Source: Holosporales bacterium | GTDB lineage: Bacteria > Pseudomonadota > Alphaproteobacteria > RUG11792 | Reading direction: 5' to 3' | DNA length: 64,000 nt | Assembly (NCBI GenBank): GCA_031268935.1 | Contig: JAIRWL010000010.1 | Span: 5,288 to 69,287, forward strand | In this document: one piece after another, positions 28,352 through 39,059 of the stretch | How positions within the stretch are numbered: the stretch's first letter is position 1 | How the letters are laid out: every line of letters begins with the position of its first letter | The notes under the pieces: generated by a model | Database searches by the model: none | What the model was told of the DNA's origin: nothing | Seen by the model: the letters and a program-made list of their open reading frames with translations, nothing else | Translations under genes and position numbers: made by a program

Positions 28352-29590
28352 TTAAGTGTTAGTATTATTGTTTTTAATTGTTTTTGCATAAATGAAAAGG
28401 CCGGGTATATTTGCTATGAGGCAGATAACAAACATTGTTGCCCATGAATAGTGATCTACGACAACCCCTCCTATATAGGCCGAAAAAATGCGAATAAGTG
28501 ATCCTATCGAAAGAATGAGAGCAAAACGATTGACATCTCGATTCGACTCCTGAGCCGCGAAAGTTCTGTATACGACATTGGTGAAGCCGAAAGTAAATGT
28601 CGCAAGATTAATTATAATCGCAAGGATTATCGTACCAGGCATCTTGAACGGGAGCAGGATAAATGGAATCGTTGCGCACAGCTGCATTATCAATGCGTGC
28701 CTGAGACATTTAGTAATGCCCATCTTCCCGATCCAGTATCCAGCAAGAAACCCTGAAATAATCGTCACGAACATACCCAAGATATGCGTAATATTTGCAA
28801 ATATTATTTTACTAATCCCATGCGTCTGTAAGAATATTGGCTTCATTGTACTAATACATCCATCCGCAAATTTCAGAGAAAGCAGTAATAATGTAAATAT
28901 AATTATATTGTGCTTTTTAAAGAACTCCTTAAAAGTTAATACATAATCCTTTAAGGAAAATAATTTATCTGGAATCGTGGGCTGCTGTCCGTTGCTTATG
29001 CGAGGAATGAAGGCCGTCGCAATCAAACAAAGAGCTATGAATATTCCAGTGGCAAGGAATGATTTCTCCCAACCAATGGCCTCTGCCACGTATAGCATGA
29101 CTCCACCAGATATAAATATTCCTAATCTAAATCCAGCGCTGATTACGGACGTTGCCGCCCCTAACTCTTCTGTTCGAAATGATACGAGGTTAACGTGACT
29201 GTAGACCGTATCATATAAAGCAATCGAAATAGATAAAATAAAAACTAGTAAGCCTACGATAAAGATGTATCCTGCATTGACCAGATATCCTATCGATGAA
29301 AAACAAATAACTATGAAAATTTGCAATACAAGTGATATAATCTTAATTATATTGAATTTGGAGTCTTGAAATTTAAGAATGAAATTCTTGATTGCTGGAG
29401 ATAGAGCAAATTTCCAACTATATGGGAAGGTTGCTGCTAAAATTAATGTTATTTCGGAAACTTTAATATTATGTTCTGATAGCATGAACGGTAGGCAGGA
29501 GCATAGCCCGATAAACACGACCCCACTCAGCAACCCGCCAGCGAATACATAAAGTAGGATAAGCAGCCTACCTTCCAATTTGAGAAACAA
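28352..29590 (-). CDS. MFS permease, AmpG-like
   Basis: 412 aa, polytopic and hydrophobic. N-terminal region LPFMLSEHNIKVSEITLILAATFPYSWKFALSPAIKNF resembles the AmpG signature (...Y.FKFLWSP..D). Confidence 0.55.
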   Translation of the reverse strand: MFLKLEGRLLILLYVFAGGLLSGVVFIGLCSCLPFMLSEHNIKVSEITLILAATFPYSWKFALSPAIKNFILKFQDSKFNIIKIISLVLQIFIVICFSSIGYLVNAGYIFIVGLLVFILSISIALYDTVYSHVNLVSFRTEELGAATSVISAGFRLGIFISGGVMLYVAEAIGWEKSFLATGIFIALCLIATAFIPRISNGQQPTIPDKLFSLKDYVLTFKEFFKKHNIIIFTLLLLSLKFADGCISTMKPIFLQTHGISKIIFANITHILGMFVTIISGFLAGYWIGKMGITKCLRHALIMQLCATIPFILLPFKMPGTIILAIIINLATFTFGFTNVVYRTFAAQESNRDVNRFALILSIGSLIRIFSAYIGGVVVDHYSWATMFVICLIANIPGLFIYAKTIKNNNTNT

Positions 29591-29593
29591 TGT

Positions 29594-30913
29594 CTAGACG
29601 CCCCTTTTGAACCAAGTAATGAGCTTTTGTCTAAATGATTTTTTATAGAGAGATTGTCGTATCGATGAAATGCCTTGTAATTCTCCTAGGCAATACATGG
29701 CCGCCCCCGCGGCCGTAGCAAACGATGCGGTCTGCACGAAGTCATGAGATCCGATTGTCCCAACCGGTTTACCAAGTCTAACCGATAAACCATTGAAATA
29801 TCGCCTAGATCGGATCAGTCCAGTAAGCCCAGAAATTCGGCTTCCTCCACCGGTTATAACTATTCTTTGGTATAACAACTTATCGGCTCCACATGTTTCG
29901 ATGTGTTTTTCGACCGATTCTAGCATTTCTTCAAATCTCGCCGCTATGATTGAATTTAGCATTCCCTTCGAAATATTTTGAATGTGTTCTTCTCCATACT
30001 CGTCTATCCTAGAAACTAAGATTTGCTCTTCCTCGTAATGAGGATTTTCAGCTGAAACTCCATAAAGGATTTTTAATCTTTCGGCATTGGATTTCGACGT
30101 TCTCAGTACCATAGCGATATCGTTCGTTACGTTTTGACTACCTACCGGAATCGTTCCAAGATACAATACGGTTCCATCATTAATACAACATATCGATGTT
30201 GTCGTTCCCCCGATATCAATTAGTGTTACCCCGGATATGGTTTCATCTTCCAAGAGGACGGAAAGAACCGAAGCATAAGTAGAGCAAATAAATCCCTCAA
30301 CATCGATATTATTACGGCTCAAGCAATTTTTTATGTTTTGCAAAAGAGATGATTTAGCGTACATGACGTGAAAAGTACCTGATAAAATTTCACCAACCAT
30401 CCCGAGAGGCGCATGGATACCATCATTTTCATCAATCGAGTAAGAAATCGGGAAAATATGAATCATTTCCATCGTAGGATCGGAGGACCGCGAACAATCA
30501 AAATTCATTAGGGAATTGACGTGAACATCATCGACCGGAACTTGACCTATCTCTATGGAATTATCGATAGCTCTCGAAACAATAGCCCAAGATGGAATCG
30601 AGACAAAAACAGACTTCACATTCTTTTGAGCTTCCTTTTCGGCCGTTAAAATAGATCCTATCAAAGAATCTTCCAAATCTTCGAGATTGGTAATGGCTCC
30701 TCTTTTTATGCCCTTGGTTAGTTGATATCCAATTCCCAGAATCCGGATGCCTTTTCCAAACCCAGATAGGGCATCAGAGTCCTTTCGTTCTATTTTTGCA
30801 ATAGCCGCACAGGTCGTATCTGTTCCTAAATCTAAAACAGCAACCTCTTTCCTAATATCTATTATTTTCCTGAACAATAGCAGTCTCTGAGGATAAACAA
30901 TACGAATGCACAT
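29594..30913 (-). CDS. ftsA: Cell division protein FtsA
   Basis: 439 aa, actin-fold motifs (VLDLGTDTTCAAIA, TLIDIGGTTTSICC, IVITGGGSRISGL). The exact start is uncertain. Confidence 0.9.
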   Translation of the reverse strand: MCIRIVYPQRLLLFRKIIDIRKEVAVLDLGTDTTCAAIAKIERKDSDALSGFGKGIRILGIGYQLTKGIKRGAITNLEDLEDSLIGSILTAEKEAQKNVKSVFVSIPSWAIVSRAIDNSIEIGQVPVDDVHVNSLMNFDCSRSSDPTMEMIHIFPISYSIDENDGIHAPLGMVGEILSGTFHVMYAKSSLLQNIKNCLSRNNIDVEGFICSTYASVLSVLLEDETISGVTLIDIGGTTTSICCINDGTVLYLGTIPVGSQNVTNDIAMVLRTSKSNAERLKILYGVSAENPHYEEEQILVSRIDEYGEEHIQNISKGMLNSIIAARFEEMLESVEKHIETCGADKLLYQRIVITGGGSRISGLTGLIRSRRYFNGLSVRLGKPVGTIGSHDFVQTASFATAAGAAMYCLGELQGISSIRQSLYKKSFRQKLITWFKRGV

Positions 30914-31030
30914 CGATTGTTAGGTATGATACAATAAAGTCGGTAAATTATCCATCCTACTATGTCGTCTTCTTTTTTCTTAAGTTACATTCAACTCACA
31001 AACAATCGGATGTATACGGGAAATTGATCA

Positions 31031-32083
31031 TCATTCGATATTAGATTCAGTACTATCATCTATTTCAGTAATTGGCCACCTTGGCCGAGTCTTTGCATCC
31101 AGTTTGCTAGGTTTGAATCCGGCGAGCATTCTCTCGATGGCGGCCCAACCTATCATCGCGGCATTATCGGAACACAGCTCTAGGGAGGGAGCCGAAAAAT
31201 TGAAATTCTCTTGTTCGCAAATTTTCGCCACGGCTTCTCGTAAGGCCTCGTTTGCCGCCACTCCCCCGGCTATCACGATATTTTTCGGTTTGGATTTCGT
31301 CATCTGATAAGCTTTTCTCAGTTTTTTCGTGATATGGGTTATAACGGTCAGTTGAAAGGAGGCCGCCACGTCGGCTCTATCTTGATCACATATATTCTTG
31401 AGAGTCGCAATATGTAGTTTAGTAGCTGTCTTAATTCCCGAGAAGGATACATCGCACCCAATTCTTCTTTGCATAGGGATCGTATAATCAAATCGCGAAC
31501 TATCTCCATTTTTAGCAATCTTCTGGATCGATGGTCCGCCTGGGTACGCGAGGCCAAGCATTCTTGCTACCTTATCGAATGCCTCACCGGCCGCATCGTC
31601 CAATGTCTTTCCAAGAACTTCATATTTCCCAACTCCAAAAATTTCGGCGAATAAAAAGTGCCCGCCCGAAGCTAACAGCAACAGATATGGGAATTCGACA
31701 TCATAACAAAGGCGAGGAGTAAGAAGATGACCTTCCAAATGATTTATAGCCATGAAAGGCTTCCCATTCATCAAAGCCAGTGCTTTTGCAGTTACCATCC
31801 CAACCAGCAATCCTCCAATGAGTCCCGGGCCAGCAGTTGCCGCAATCAAATCGACCGTTTTAAGGGTTTCATTCGCCTTTTCGAGAGCCTCTTCTACAAC
31901 CACATCGATTACGTCCATATGATTTCTTGCCGCAATTTCTGGAACGACACCTCCAAATTCGGCATGAATAGCAATCTGCGATTTGATCACATTTGATAGA
32001 ATACGGCCATCTGGAGTTGCCGCATCACAAACGACGGCCGCAGAGGTTTCGTCGCAACTCGATTCGATCGCCAAAACTTTCAC
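31031..32083 (-). CDS. tsaD: tRNA N6-adenosine threonylcarbamoyltransferase TsaD
   Basis: VLAIESSCDETSAAVV N-terminus. I prefer the GTG start at 32083 (MKVLAIESS), 2 nt after the holC stop, over the longer ORF that overlaps holC. Confidence 0.9.
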   Translation of the reverse strand: MKVLAIESSCDETSAAVVCDAATPDGRILSNVIKSQIAIHAEFGGVVPEIAARNHMDVIDVVVEEALEKANETLKTVDLIAATAGPGLIGGLLVGMVTAKALALMNGKPFMAINHLEGHLLTPRLCYDVEFPYLLLLASGGHFLFAEIFGVGKYEVLGKTLDDAAGEAFDKVARMLGLAYPGGPSIQKIAKNGDSSRFDYTIPMQRRIGCDVSFSGIKTATKLHIATLKNICDQDRADVAASFQLTVITHITKKLRKAYQMTKSKPKNIVIAGGVAANEALREAVAKICEQENFNFSAPSLELCSDNAAMIGWAAIERMLAGFKPSKLDAKTRPRWPITEIDDSTESNIE

Positions 32084-32085
32084 TA

Positions 32086-32547
32086 TTACTGTCCTTCCTG
32101 AAGCCAGTTTTTCCCTGTTTGAATCCACAATTTTAGTTGCAGAAATTGTGATTGCTTATAATATTCAGCTCTTTCTCGTGATGCAGGCAGCAAATCTTTA
32201 TTAAAAATATCAATAATTACATTGAATTTCGAGAGATTTTGATTTGATATATCGAGGCCGTTGTGTATTAAGCAAGTTGGATTGTTGCAAAAACTTATAT
32301 GGGTGGAGAGCCAGGTATGGCAGAATGAGGCATCCTCCTCGGCAGGCATGGACATCTTGCTACCGTGGGGGATAAAACTTGCCTTTGAATATGTCCACAG
32401 AGTCAAATCGAATGACCGCACTTCTTCATCTGTTTCGCATAAAAGCAAAACTTTTTCGCCAGATGTATACATCTTCTCTACCGATTTTATCGCAATTGAA
32501 ATAAAATCTGCCTCGATGGCATAAAAAATTACGTTTTTATCTCGCAT
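32086..32547 (-). CDS. holC: DNA polymerase III chi subunit
   Basis: 153 aa. VIFYAIE...KMYTSGEKVLLLCETDEEVRSFDLTLWTYSKASFIPHG fits the chi-subunit pattern. Confidence 0.75.
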   Translation of the reverse strand: MRDKNVIFYAIEADFISIAIKSVEKMYTSGEKVLLLCETDEEVRSFDLTLWTYSKASFIPHGSKMSMPAEEDASFCHTWLSTHISFCNNPTCLIHNGLDISNQNLSKFNVIIDIFNKDLLPASRERAEYYKQSQFLQLKLWIQTGKNWLQEGQ

Positions 32548-32978
32548 CGGCGCTTCACATTGGTGGCTATCTTGTCCAAAACGGCGTTAACAAATTTTTC
32601 TCCCCCGCCGCCGATAAATTTCTTTGCAATCTCAACATACTCGTTAATGATGATTGGAATCGCAGTCTTTTCGAAAATCATCTCTGTAATTCCAACTTTT
32701 ATAATACTTTTCATTATCATCGGCGAGGTTATCATGCTAGTTTTCGATACAAGATTGTGCTCAATAATATCATCGAAATCAACTTTTTCCTCAAAATTCG
32801 ACACAAGTCGTTTAAAAAAATTCCTGTGCATCTTACACTCTAACTCCTCATCTTCCTCGATAAAATCAGAGACATTGTCAATTATCGACGAGATATCATT
32901 GTTAGTAACATCTTTCTGATACATCACCTGTACAGCCGCGATACGAGATATACGTTTTGCCAGTTTATGGTTGAGCAT
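32529..32978 (-). CDS. nusB: Transcription antitermination factor NusB
   Basis: 149 aa with RIAAVQVMYQ near the N-terminus and a C-terminal FVNAVLDKI motif. Confidence 0.85.
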   Translation of the reverse strand: MLNHKLAKRISRIAAVQVMYQKDVTNNDISSIIDNVSDFIEEDEELECKMHRNFFKRLVSNFEEKVDFDDIIEHNLVSKTSMITSPMIMKSIIKVGITEMIFEKTAIPIIINEYVEIAKKFIGGGGEKFVNAVLDKIATNVKRRCEIKT

Positions 32979-33106
32979 AACAAAAAATCGAAACTAATGT
33001 GCATCAATATACATGGGTAGCGTCATATACTATAGAAAAACGGCACCTCCCCCGCAAGGACATTCTTTGCTATAACCCCCAATTAAGGTCGATAATTAGA
33101 TAAATC

Positions 33107-34360
33107 TTAAGATTTACGTCCTAATCGTACAAATTTATCAAAAAGAATAGCCATAGCACCATTGCCACCGACATTGCAGGCGGCAATCAGAGGATCGAAT
33201 AAGATGTACAGAGCCGTCACGATAGAGAGCATTTCTGGAGTAAATCCCAAATATCTTTGTAAAAAGGGCAGCATGACAAGAATTCCCCCTCCTGGGACAG
33301 CCGCAACAGCAAATTTTGCAAGAATAAAATGAATAGCAAAAATTACATAATCAGATATACCCGGTAATTCCATCTTAAATGAGACCATAACAGACATGGC
33401 AACCATCGGAATGAAAAAACAATCTCCTACAAGATGAATATTGACGGTCGACGGAACGATGATGCTTGCATTACTCTTCTGAATAGAGTTTTCTTCGGCC
33501 GCTTTAATCGAAAGCGGAAGGGCAGAAGCGCTAGACATCGAACCGAAGGCTGTAATCGTCGCCGGAAAGACGTTTCTCAAATACATTACTAATTTAGACA
33601 AACTGAATTCTGCCAAGATAAAATATTGCAATAAGACAAAGCAATAGGATGATGTAACAAACACGAAAAGAATCGGTAAATATTGTTCGAATATTTTAAG
33701 TAATACTCCATCATGTTGTAACTTCAAAGCAGTTCCGATGATAAAAAATGGCATAATCGGAATTAAGATTTTAAAGTAGTATTGAGTAATAACTTTCATA
33801 ATCATGGAAATTTTTGACGCTAATTTACTGCTGAGAAAATAAGTTATTAATCCGAGAACAATACCAGACAGCAGCGCAACATCATTCGATACCAAAGTAT
33901 CTAACGAAATTTTGAAAACTGGAAATAGAGAATCAGCGGCGACCGAATCTTGTATAAATTGAGTCGTACCACCAATATCGATCGCTATCAAAGAAACGAG
34001 ATATGAAAGCATCGTATTCAAAAAATTCGAACAACAAATTAATGGAATAATTATTAAGATGTACTTAATAGCATTAGTTCCAAGCCGGACGATTGAGCAA
34101 AAAACCAAAGCGAAAATGACAAACGGTAAAGAGAATATCAAACACTCTTTAATCGCCAAACTAACCGAGTAGAAGAACGATTTTCCAGAGATTGGTAAAA
34201 TCGAACAAAAACATAAAGCAAAAAGAAAGGCGCTAAGAAAAACAACGGGGACAATGAAGTGCTTTAAATTGCTACGACTTATCCCCACAGGAAAAAGATT
34301 ACCTCTTAGAGAATTGAAATCTTCTACGAGCCTTGCGATGCCCATACTTCTTTCTCTCAA
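33107..34360 (-). CDS. Dicarboxylate/amino acid:cation symporter (DAACS family)
   Basis: 417 aa, polytopic, with family motifs ([30 protein letters not shown]). The annotated start overlaps the rpsI 3' end, so the true start is uncertain. Confidence 0.75.
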   Translation of the reverse strand: MRERSMGIARLVEDFNSLRGNLFPVGISRSNLKHFIVPVVFLSAFLFALCFCSILPISGKSFFYSVSLAIKECLIFSLPFVIFALVFCSIVRLGTNAIKYILIIIPLICCSNFLNTMLSYLVSLIAIDIGGTTQFIQDSVAADSLFPVFKISLDTLVSNDVALLSGIVLGLITYFLSSKLASKISMIMKVITQYYFKILIPIMPFFIIGTALKLQHDGVLLKIFEQYLPILFVFVTSSYCFVLLQYFILAEFSLSKLVMYLRNVFPATITAFGSMSSASALPLSIKAAEENSIQKSNASIIVPSTVNIHLVGDCFFIPMVAMSVMVSFKMELPGISDYVIFAIHFILAKFAVAAVPGGGILVMLPFLQRYLGFTPEMLSIVTALYILFDPLIAACNVGGNGAMAILFDKFVRLGRKS

Positions 34361-34781
34361 CTATCCTGGAATCTCGAGTCAAAAACCCTGCCTGCTTCAG
34401 GATTTTGTGCAAATCCGGCTCGAATGAATCGAGAGCTTTGCTGATTCCGTGCCGCACGGCGCCAGCTTGACCAGAAAGCCCGCCCCCTCTAACCGTGCAA
34501 AAGACGTCATACTGACCATCTCTAGATGCCGTGGCAAATGGCTGAGCTATGACCATCCTGAGAACTGCTCTCGCAAAATACGTCACCTGGTCGCGCCCAT
34601 TAATCAAAATACGTCCAGAGCCAGGTTTAATCCAAACTCTAGCTACTGCATTTTTCCTCTTGCCGGTCGCATAAGCTCTACCGAATGCATCGAGTACCTG
34701 CTCTCTCTTGACAGCTTCCTCATCTATCGACAAATTCACAATCTGATCTTCAATAACCTGATTTTCTGCCACTTTATCCAT
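34299..34781 (-). CDS. rpsI: 30S ribosomal protein S9
   Basis: [17 protein letters not shown]...[19 protein letters not shown]...[11 protein letters not shown]. Confidence 0.95.
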   Translation of the reverse strand: MDKVAENQVIEDQIVNLSIDEEAVKREQVLDAFGRAYATGKRKNAVARVWIKPGSGRILINGRDQVTYFARAVLRMVIAQPFATASRDGQYDVFCTVRGGGLSGQAGAVRHGISKALDSFEPDLHKILKQAGFLTRDSRIVERKKYGHRKARRRFQFSKR

Positions 34782-35241
34782 TTCTCCGATTATTTTTGCT
34801 ATTCAATTTCGCGACATCCAACATTTCTGGATTCTGAGCGATATGTGGATGCTCCGCCCCCTTATATACCTTCAATTTCGACATAATCTTTCGGCTCAAA
34901 GGTCCCTTATTCATCATTCTTTTCACGGCATTTGTCACTGCGCGGTCAGATCTCGGCTCGTCCAGTAATTGCCTCATACTGCGCTCCTTGATCCCTCCAG
35001 GGTATCCCGTATGCCAATAATATTTCTTATCATCGAGCTTTTTACCGGTCAGGAGAACCTTATCGGCATTCACCACGATGACGTGATCGCCGCAGTCAAC
35101 ATGCGGAGAGAAGTACGGTTTGTTCTTCCCGCGTAAGACATTAGCGATGATCGAGGCAACCCTTCCGAGGACTAAACCGTTCGCATCAATCAGAATCCAT
35201 TTTCTCGTAACATCGGATTCCTTAACAAAGGACGTACACAT
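34774..35241 (-). CDS. rplM: 50S ribosomal protein L13
   Basis: [50 protein letters not shown]. Classic rplM-rpsI operon. Confidence 0.95.
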   Translation of the reverse strand: MCTSFVKESDVTRKWILIDANGLVLGRVASIIANVLRGKNKPYFSPHVDCGDHVIVVNADKVLLTGKKLDDKKYYWHTGYPGGIKERSMRQLLDEPRSDRAVTNAVKRMMNKGPLSRKIMSKLKVYKGAEHPHIAQNPEMLDVAKLNSKNNRRNG

Positions 35242-35472
35242 TCTTTCTATAAGCTCTTCAATCTACAATCCATGAAATGCTATCACATGATAAGGCCCTT
35301 TTCAACACAGATCCTCCACATCTCCAAATTCCGTAAGCATATTTAGCAGAAAATTGCGCATAAAAGTATAAATTCAATTTTAATGCGAAACCTGCTCGCA
35401 AATTCTCCTTTCTAGGCGTATTTTAGTATTGATCCGAGTCAATCAATAAATCAATCTTCCGGCAGGTAGTTT

Positions 35473-36276
35473 TTGTGTATTTCGGTGACTAGTGTGAAGA
35501 GGTTTTTTAGCATCAACAGAGCTCTGAGTCTGTCGGTAGTGTCTGGTGTGTTACTTCTGGGCTCGGAAGTAGTCGGAGAATATAGTGGCAATGAGCGCGT
35601 GACTGTAACGTTCACTTCCGATGGTTCGAATGTGTCTGCTAAATTCGATGGCAATGGGGGCAATTCCCGGGATCCTAGGATTGTAGATAAGGTTTTTGAC
35701 ACAGGTGGAGTGATGGAATACAGTAGGGGAGCTCTTGAGCTTCAGTTACGGTTGAAGGATGGAGCCAACGGCGCGCGGTGGATCGAGCTTTTTGGATTTA
35801 AGAAGCCTGGAGAACCTGACGACGCTCTGAGAGATAATCTCATAGCGCTGAACTTTGTTTGTCTCGGAAACGAGGAGTTTAGTTTCTGTCCAGAAGGCGG
35901 CTTATGGAAGCTACCTACTACCAGCGTAGATACTCAGAAATTTCACTTAGGGGGATCGGGTCGCCTTCAGTTTACTTCCCTGCAATATCCTAAGAGAAAT
36001 CCTGATGGATCGTCTGTGGAAATCGAATTCGACTCTACGATCCCGTTCACGGTCGCCAATAAAGAGTATCAATCGGGAGAATATATCCTTAAAGGATCCC
36101 TCATTCAATCGAAATTGGGTCATGCAATTGGTATGGCGGAACAATTGACGGGGAGATCACGAGGTGGTTGTTTATGGCGCTTGTGGTCAGCGATGAGAAG
36201 AGTCTGTTGTTGCTGTGGGGATATGATCCCGGCGCATCCCCCTTCCGTCGCCGCTAGAACTCTTGATTCAATTTAA
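35473..36276 (+). CDS. Secreted hypothetical protein with a C-terminal poly-Cys motif
   Basis: The likely start is the GTG at 35494 (VKRFFSINRALSLSVVSGVLLLGSEV). Moderately GC-rich. C-terminus ...WRLWSAMRRVCCCCGDMIPAHPPS. Confidence 0.5.
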   Translation: MCISVTSVKRFFSINRALSLSVVSGVLLLGSEVVGEYSGNERVTVTFTSDGSNVSAKFDGNGGNSRDPRIVDKVFDTGGVMEYSRGALELQLRLKDGANGARWIELFGFKKPGEPDDALRDNLIALNFVCLGNEEFSFCPEGGLWKLPTTSVDTQKFHLGGSGRLQFTSLQYPKRNPDGSSVEIEFDSTIPFTVANKEYQSGEYILKGSLIQSKLGHAIGMAEQLTGRSRGGCLWRLWSAMRRVCCCCGDMIPAHPPSVAARTLDSI

Positions 36277-36695
36277 ACCTGCGTCTGTTCTTTCCGGAGC
36301 GCATCGATCACAGTCGCCTTGTCGCTAAAAAAAAGGCAGGCGTCTCGCTCCGGAGGAGGGAGATGCTCCGAAAGAATGAGGACGACGACTCACCGGGGTA
36401 AGTAATAGCCTGTCTATGCAGAGTACTTTCCATGACTTGACAGGTCTGTTGTGATGATGATAAGGAAGCTACCAGCAGCGTAGCTTCCCTGGACGACCAC
36501 CTAGCTACCATCCTGTCAGATTATCGATTCTGTCAAAGATGCAGGTTTCGTGAAAAGGCCTATAAAAAATAGAGCAAGAGGTTTTCTCTCCAGTATAGGG
36601 GCTAGCCCGGAGTTAGAATTAATAGATTTGGAGGGATGAATTCCAGGAGCTACGTGATAGGCCTGGGAGGCACACTGAGTGGTTAAACCTAGCCC

Positions 36696-37625
36696 TCACT
36701 TCATTAGGAACTTCATGATCCCTATTATGAAACTACTATCACTTATTTCTGGATACCTTTCTCCATGACTAAGGTTGAAAATGTTGTAGCCGTATTCTTG
36801 GCCTCCATGGAATAATGGATGACTTGCATACGTTTGGAGATACGTCGCTAACTGGGCCGCTTCGGAGATAGTCTTTTCCAGGATTGCGTTGTATTTTCCA
36901 ATATCTGGTCCGCCCTTTTCCAATTCTGGTATTATGGATCGGATCGTCTCCTCGCACTCGACCAAGTTGTTAACCTTCGCCCTTAGATCCGGATTGAAGG
37001 CCGCCGTCGAATTAAAGATGATATTTAGGGCTAAGACTATGAGGCGGGCTCTCACGAGCACCTCGGATATAGTTCTTGGTAGCTCCTTATGGATCTCGAT
37101 TAGAAACCCCGGAAGCCTGACAGATACCAGCTTGGGAGAAGTGGAACCACGAGCTAGACCAATGAGAATGAAAATACTGGGTAAGTGTCTGACGATGTCC
37201 TCGGCCCGTGAGAGAATTGGATCTGCCAGGCAGTATACTCTCGCCGTGTACTTTGGGTAGACGTTCCTCTTAGCCGCCAACTCGGCCGCAAGATAGAGAA
37301 TGACCAGGCAGCCTCGAGCGTAAGCAATATTAGCTTTTTGGTCGGCGGCCGGGCCTATCCGATCCATAAGGGAGTGTATCATATCACCCACTACCTTATA
37401 TCTGGCAGGATTGCGACGTCCATGAGGGTCCAGCTCCGGGGGGAGAAAGTGCGCCCAGCTGAGCATGAACCAATTGGCATAGTCTATATGGATGTACTGA
37501 TATCGTTGAGATGCACCTGATGAATTAGCTGTGCTGGGACCGCTACAGGTACCCTCTCCCAGAAGGCCTGAGCAGAATAGCATCCATAGCAATCCTGTTT
37601 TGACTTTCGAAATCATCTCAACCAA
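36696..37625 (-). CDS. Secreted hypothetical protein (309 aa)
   Basis: N-terminus M(VE)MISKVKTGLLWMLFCSGLLGEGTC (signal peptide). No recognisable domain. Confidence 0.55.
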   Translation of the reverse strand: MVEMISKVKTGLLWMLFCSGLLGEGTCSGPSTANSSGASQRYQYIHIDYANWFMLSWAHFLPPELDPHGRRNPARYKVVGDMIHSLMDRIGPAADQKANIAYARGCLVILYLAAELAAKRNVYPKYTARVYCLADPILSRAEDIVRHLPSIFILIGLARGSTSPKLVSVRLPGFLIEIHKELPRTISEVLVRARLIVLALNIIFNSTAAFNPDLRAKVNNLVECEETIRSIIPELEKGGPDIGKYNAILEKTISEAAQLATYLQTYASHPLFHGGQEYGYNIFNLSHGERYPEISDSSFIIGIMKFLMK

Positions 37626-37827
37626 AAACTTAAGAATATGACTCTGTGGTGAGAAATTTTCACCTTAAGCTCGGACTAGTGGCGAGGAGCAGCACGTATA
37701 CCCTACAGTACCCACTAGACATAGCTCCTCTTATTGTACACTAAGGAGCTGAAAAACGACATCTCGTTGGTGGCGGAAGGAGGAGAACTATCGCCCCCCT
37801 GCGCGCCCCTTATCGATACGGCTGGAC

Positions 37828-38793
37828 CTATGATGGATTGACTTTTCTGGACAGGCGATGACATAACGTATATCCTCCCCAGAGTCCGAGACCTACCGCC
37901 ATGACTCCTCCCGTTATCAGCCCGAATCGGGCTATCTTCGAGGCTTGGGCCACTGCCTGATTAGTCTTTGCCAATTCGGAGCTCAAGGTTTCCGAGACCG
38001 AGAACTCCAAGGACTTTACCGTGGAGCTGACGTTCGCTTGGAGGGACAGGAACTTGGCATCCCATGATTCCAATCCTTCCGGTAAGCCCGAGAGTTGATT
38101 TAATTGCGTCAGAATCTCCCCATCAGATCCCGTACTCTGGACTATCTTCTTGGCCGCGTCCAATATTTCTGAGGTGTCGTTTGCGACTTCCTCCACCTTA
38201 CCCAAAATTGTAGGCAAATTCAATAATATCGAGGGGCACGGGTCTATGCTGCAATTCAGACTCAGGTACCGTAGATCTGGACTTATCTTTACGAGGTGCT
38301 CGGCCCAGTTCGCAACCCACTCTCCGGCCGGGAGATTTAACAACTGTATGCAGACTGTGTGGATTGTTGCTGCCTTTGGAGGGGGACCCAAACTCTGGTC
38401 GATATAATATGTCTCTAACCAGTTGCTGAGAAATGGAAAAGTATTTGAGGATAGCTCCCCCAAGCAATCGATGAAGGGTAAAGAGTTAAGCAAATCAGTA
38501 TACCTAGTCCAGGGGGCAAGCGGAGATCCAGATGGAATAATCACGATGCTCCCAGCCGAGTGGGTATCTGATCCGACCCTGAACCTCCCCGAATTCAATG
38601 CCATAATGACTTCGTGTTCAGTGGCCTCTCCCTGCTCATACCGCAATTCCTCATTCAGAGGTATTTTTCCGATCTCGGAGAGCAATTTTCCGCGTCCTGC
38701 GATCCCCAATCGCGTCCCTGGCCCGGCCCCTTCGGGGAATACATCCCTGACCAAACCACTGACCAGCCAACTCCAGGCCCACTGCGGAATCAC
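37828..38793 (-). CDS. Hypothetical protein with a C-terminal TM anchor (probably the 3' part of a split gene)
   Basis: 321 aa from a GTG that is part of a G7 run. C-terminal FGLITGGVMAVGLGLWGGYTL TM helix. It has no signal peptide of its own. Confidence 0.5.
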   Translation of the reverse strand: MIPQWAWSWLVSGLVRDVFPEGAGPGTRLGIAGRGKLLSEIGKIPLNEELRYEQGEATEHEVIMALNSGRFRVGSDTHSAGSIVIIPSGSPLAPWTRYTDLLNSLPFIDCLGELSSNTFPFLSNWLETYYIDQSLGPPPKAATIHTVCIQLLNLPAGEWVANWAEHLVKISPDLRYLSLNCSIDPCPSILLNLPTILGKVEEVANDTSEILDAAKKIVQSTGSDGEILTQLNQLSGLPEGLESWDAKFLSLQANVSSTVKSLEFSVSETLSSELAKTNQAVAQASKIARFGLITGGVMAVGLGLWGGYTLCHRLSRKVNPS

Positions 38794-39059
38794 CCCCCCA
38801 CGGCGAGTAATTTGGATCCTATCCCCCAGAATTGGCTGCCTTCTTCCACTGTCGTGATAAGGCTTAGTGTGCGATCTTCCTTAAAATAATCGTATAATAA
38901 ATTGACGGGGTATTGTCTAAAATAATATTGTAAAAGATCCTGTTGAGGTAATGTATCGATATCCAATGTGAAATCCTCTGCGCCGCATGCGGGATTGTTG
39001 AAAAAAATGCCCGATAACATGAGAAGTATCGATTTTATCAAAAATTTCCTCTGTCTCAT
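38790..39059 (-). CDS. Signal-peptide-bearing ORF (probably the 5' part of the same split gene)
   Basis: The ATG at 39059 gives MRQRKFLIKSILLMLSGIFFNNPACGAEDF. It ends ...LLAVGG-TGA inside the G7 run (38793-38799). One additional G would read AVGGVIPQWAW into the downstream ORF. Confidence 0.5.
   Translation of the reverse strand: MRQRKFLIKSILLMLSGIFFNNPACGAEDFTLDIDTLPQQDLLQYYFRQYPVNLLYDYFKEDRTLSLITTVEEGSQFWGIGSKLLAVGG

Noticed and set aside
32084-32128. The longer tsaD ORF, which overlaps the holC 3' end by 43 nt.
   Set aside because: A GTG at 32083 gives the canonical MKVLAIESSCDET N-terminus and begins 2 nt after the holC stop.
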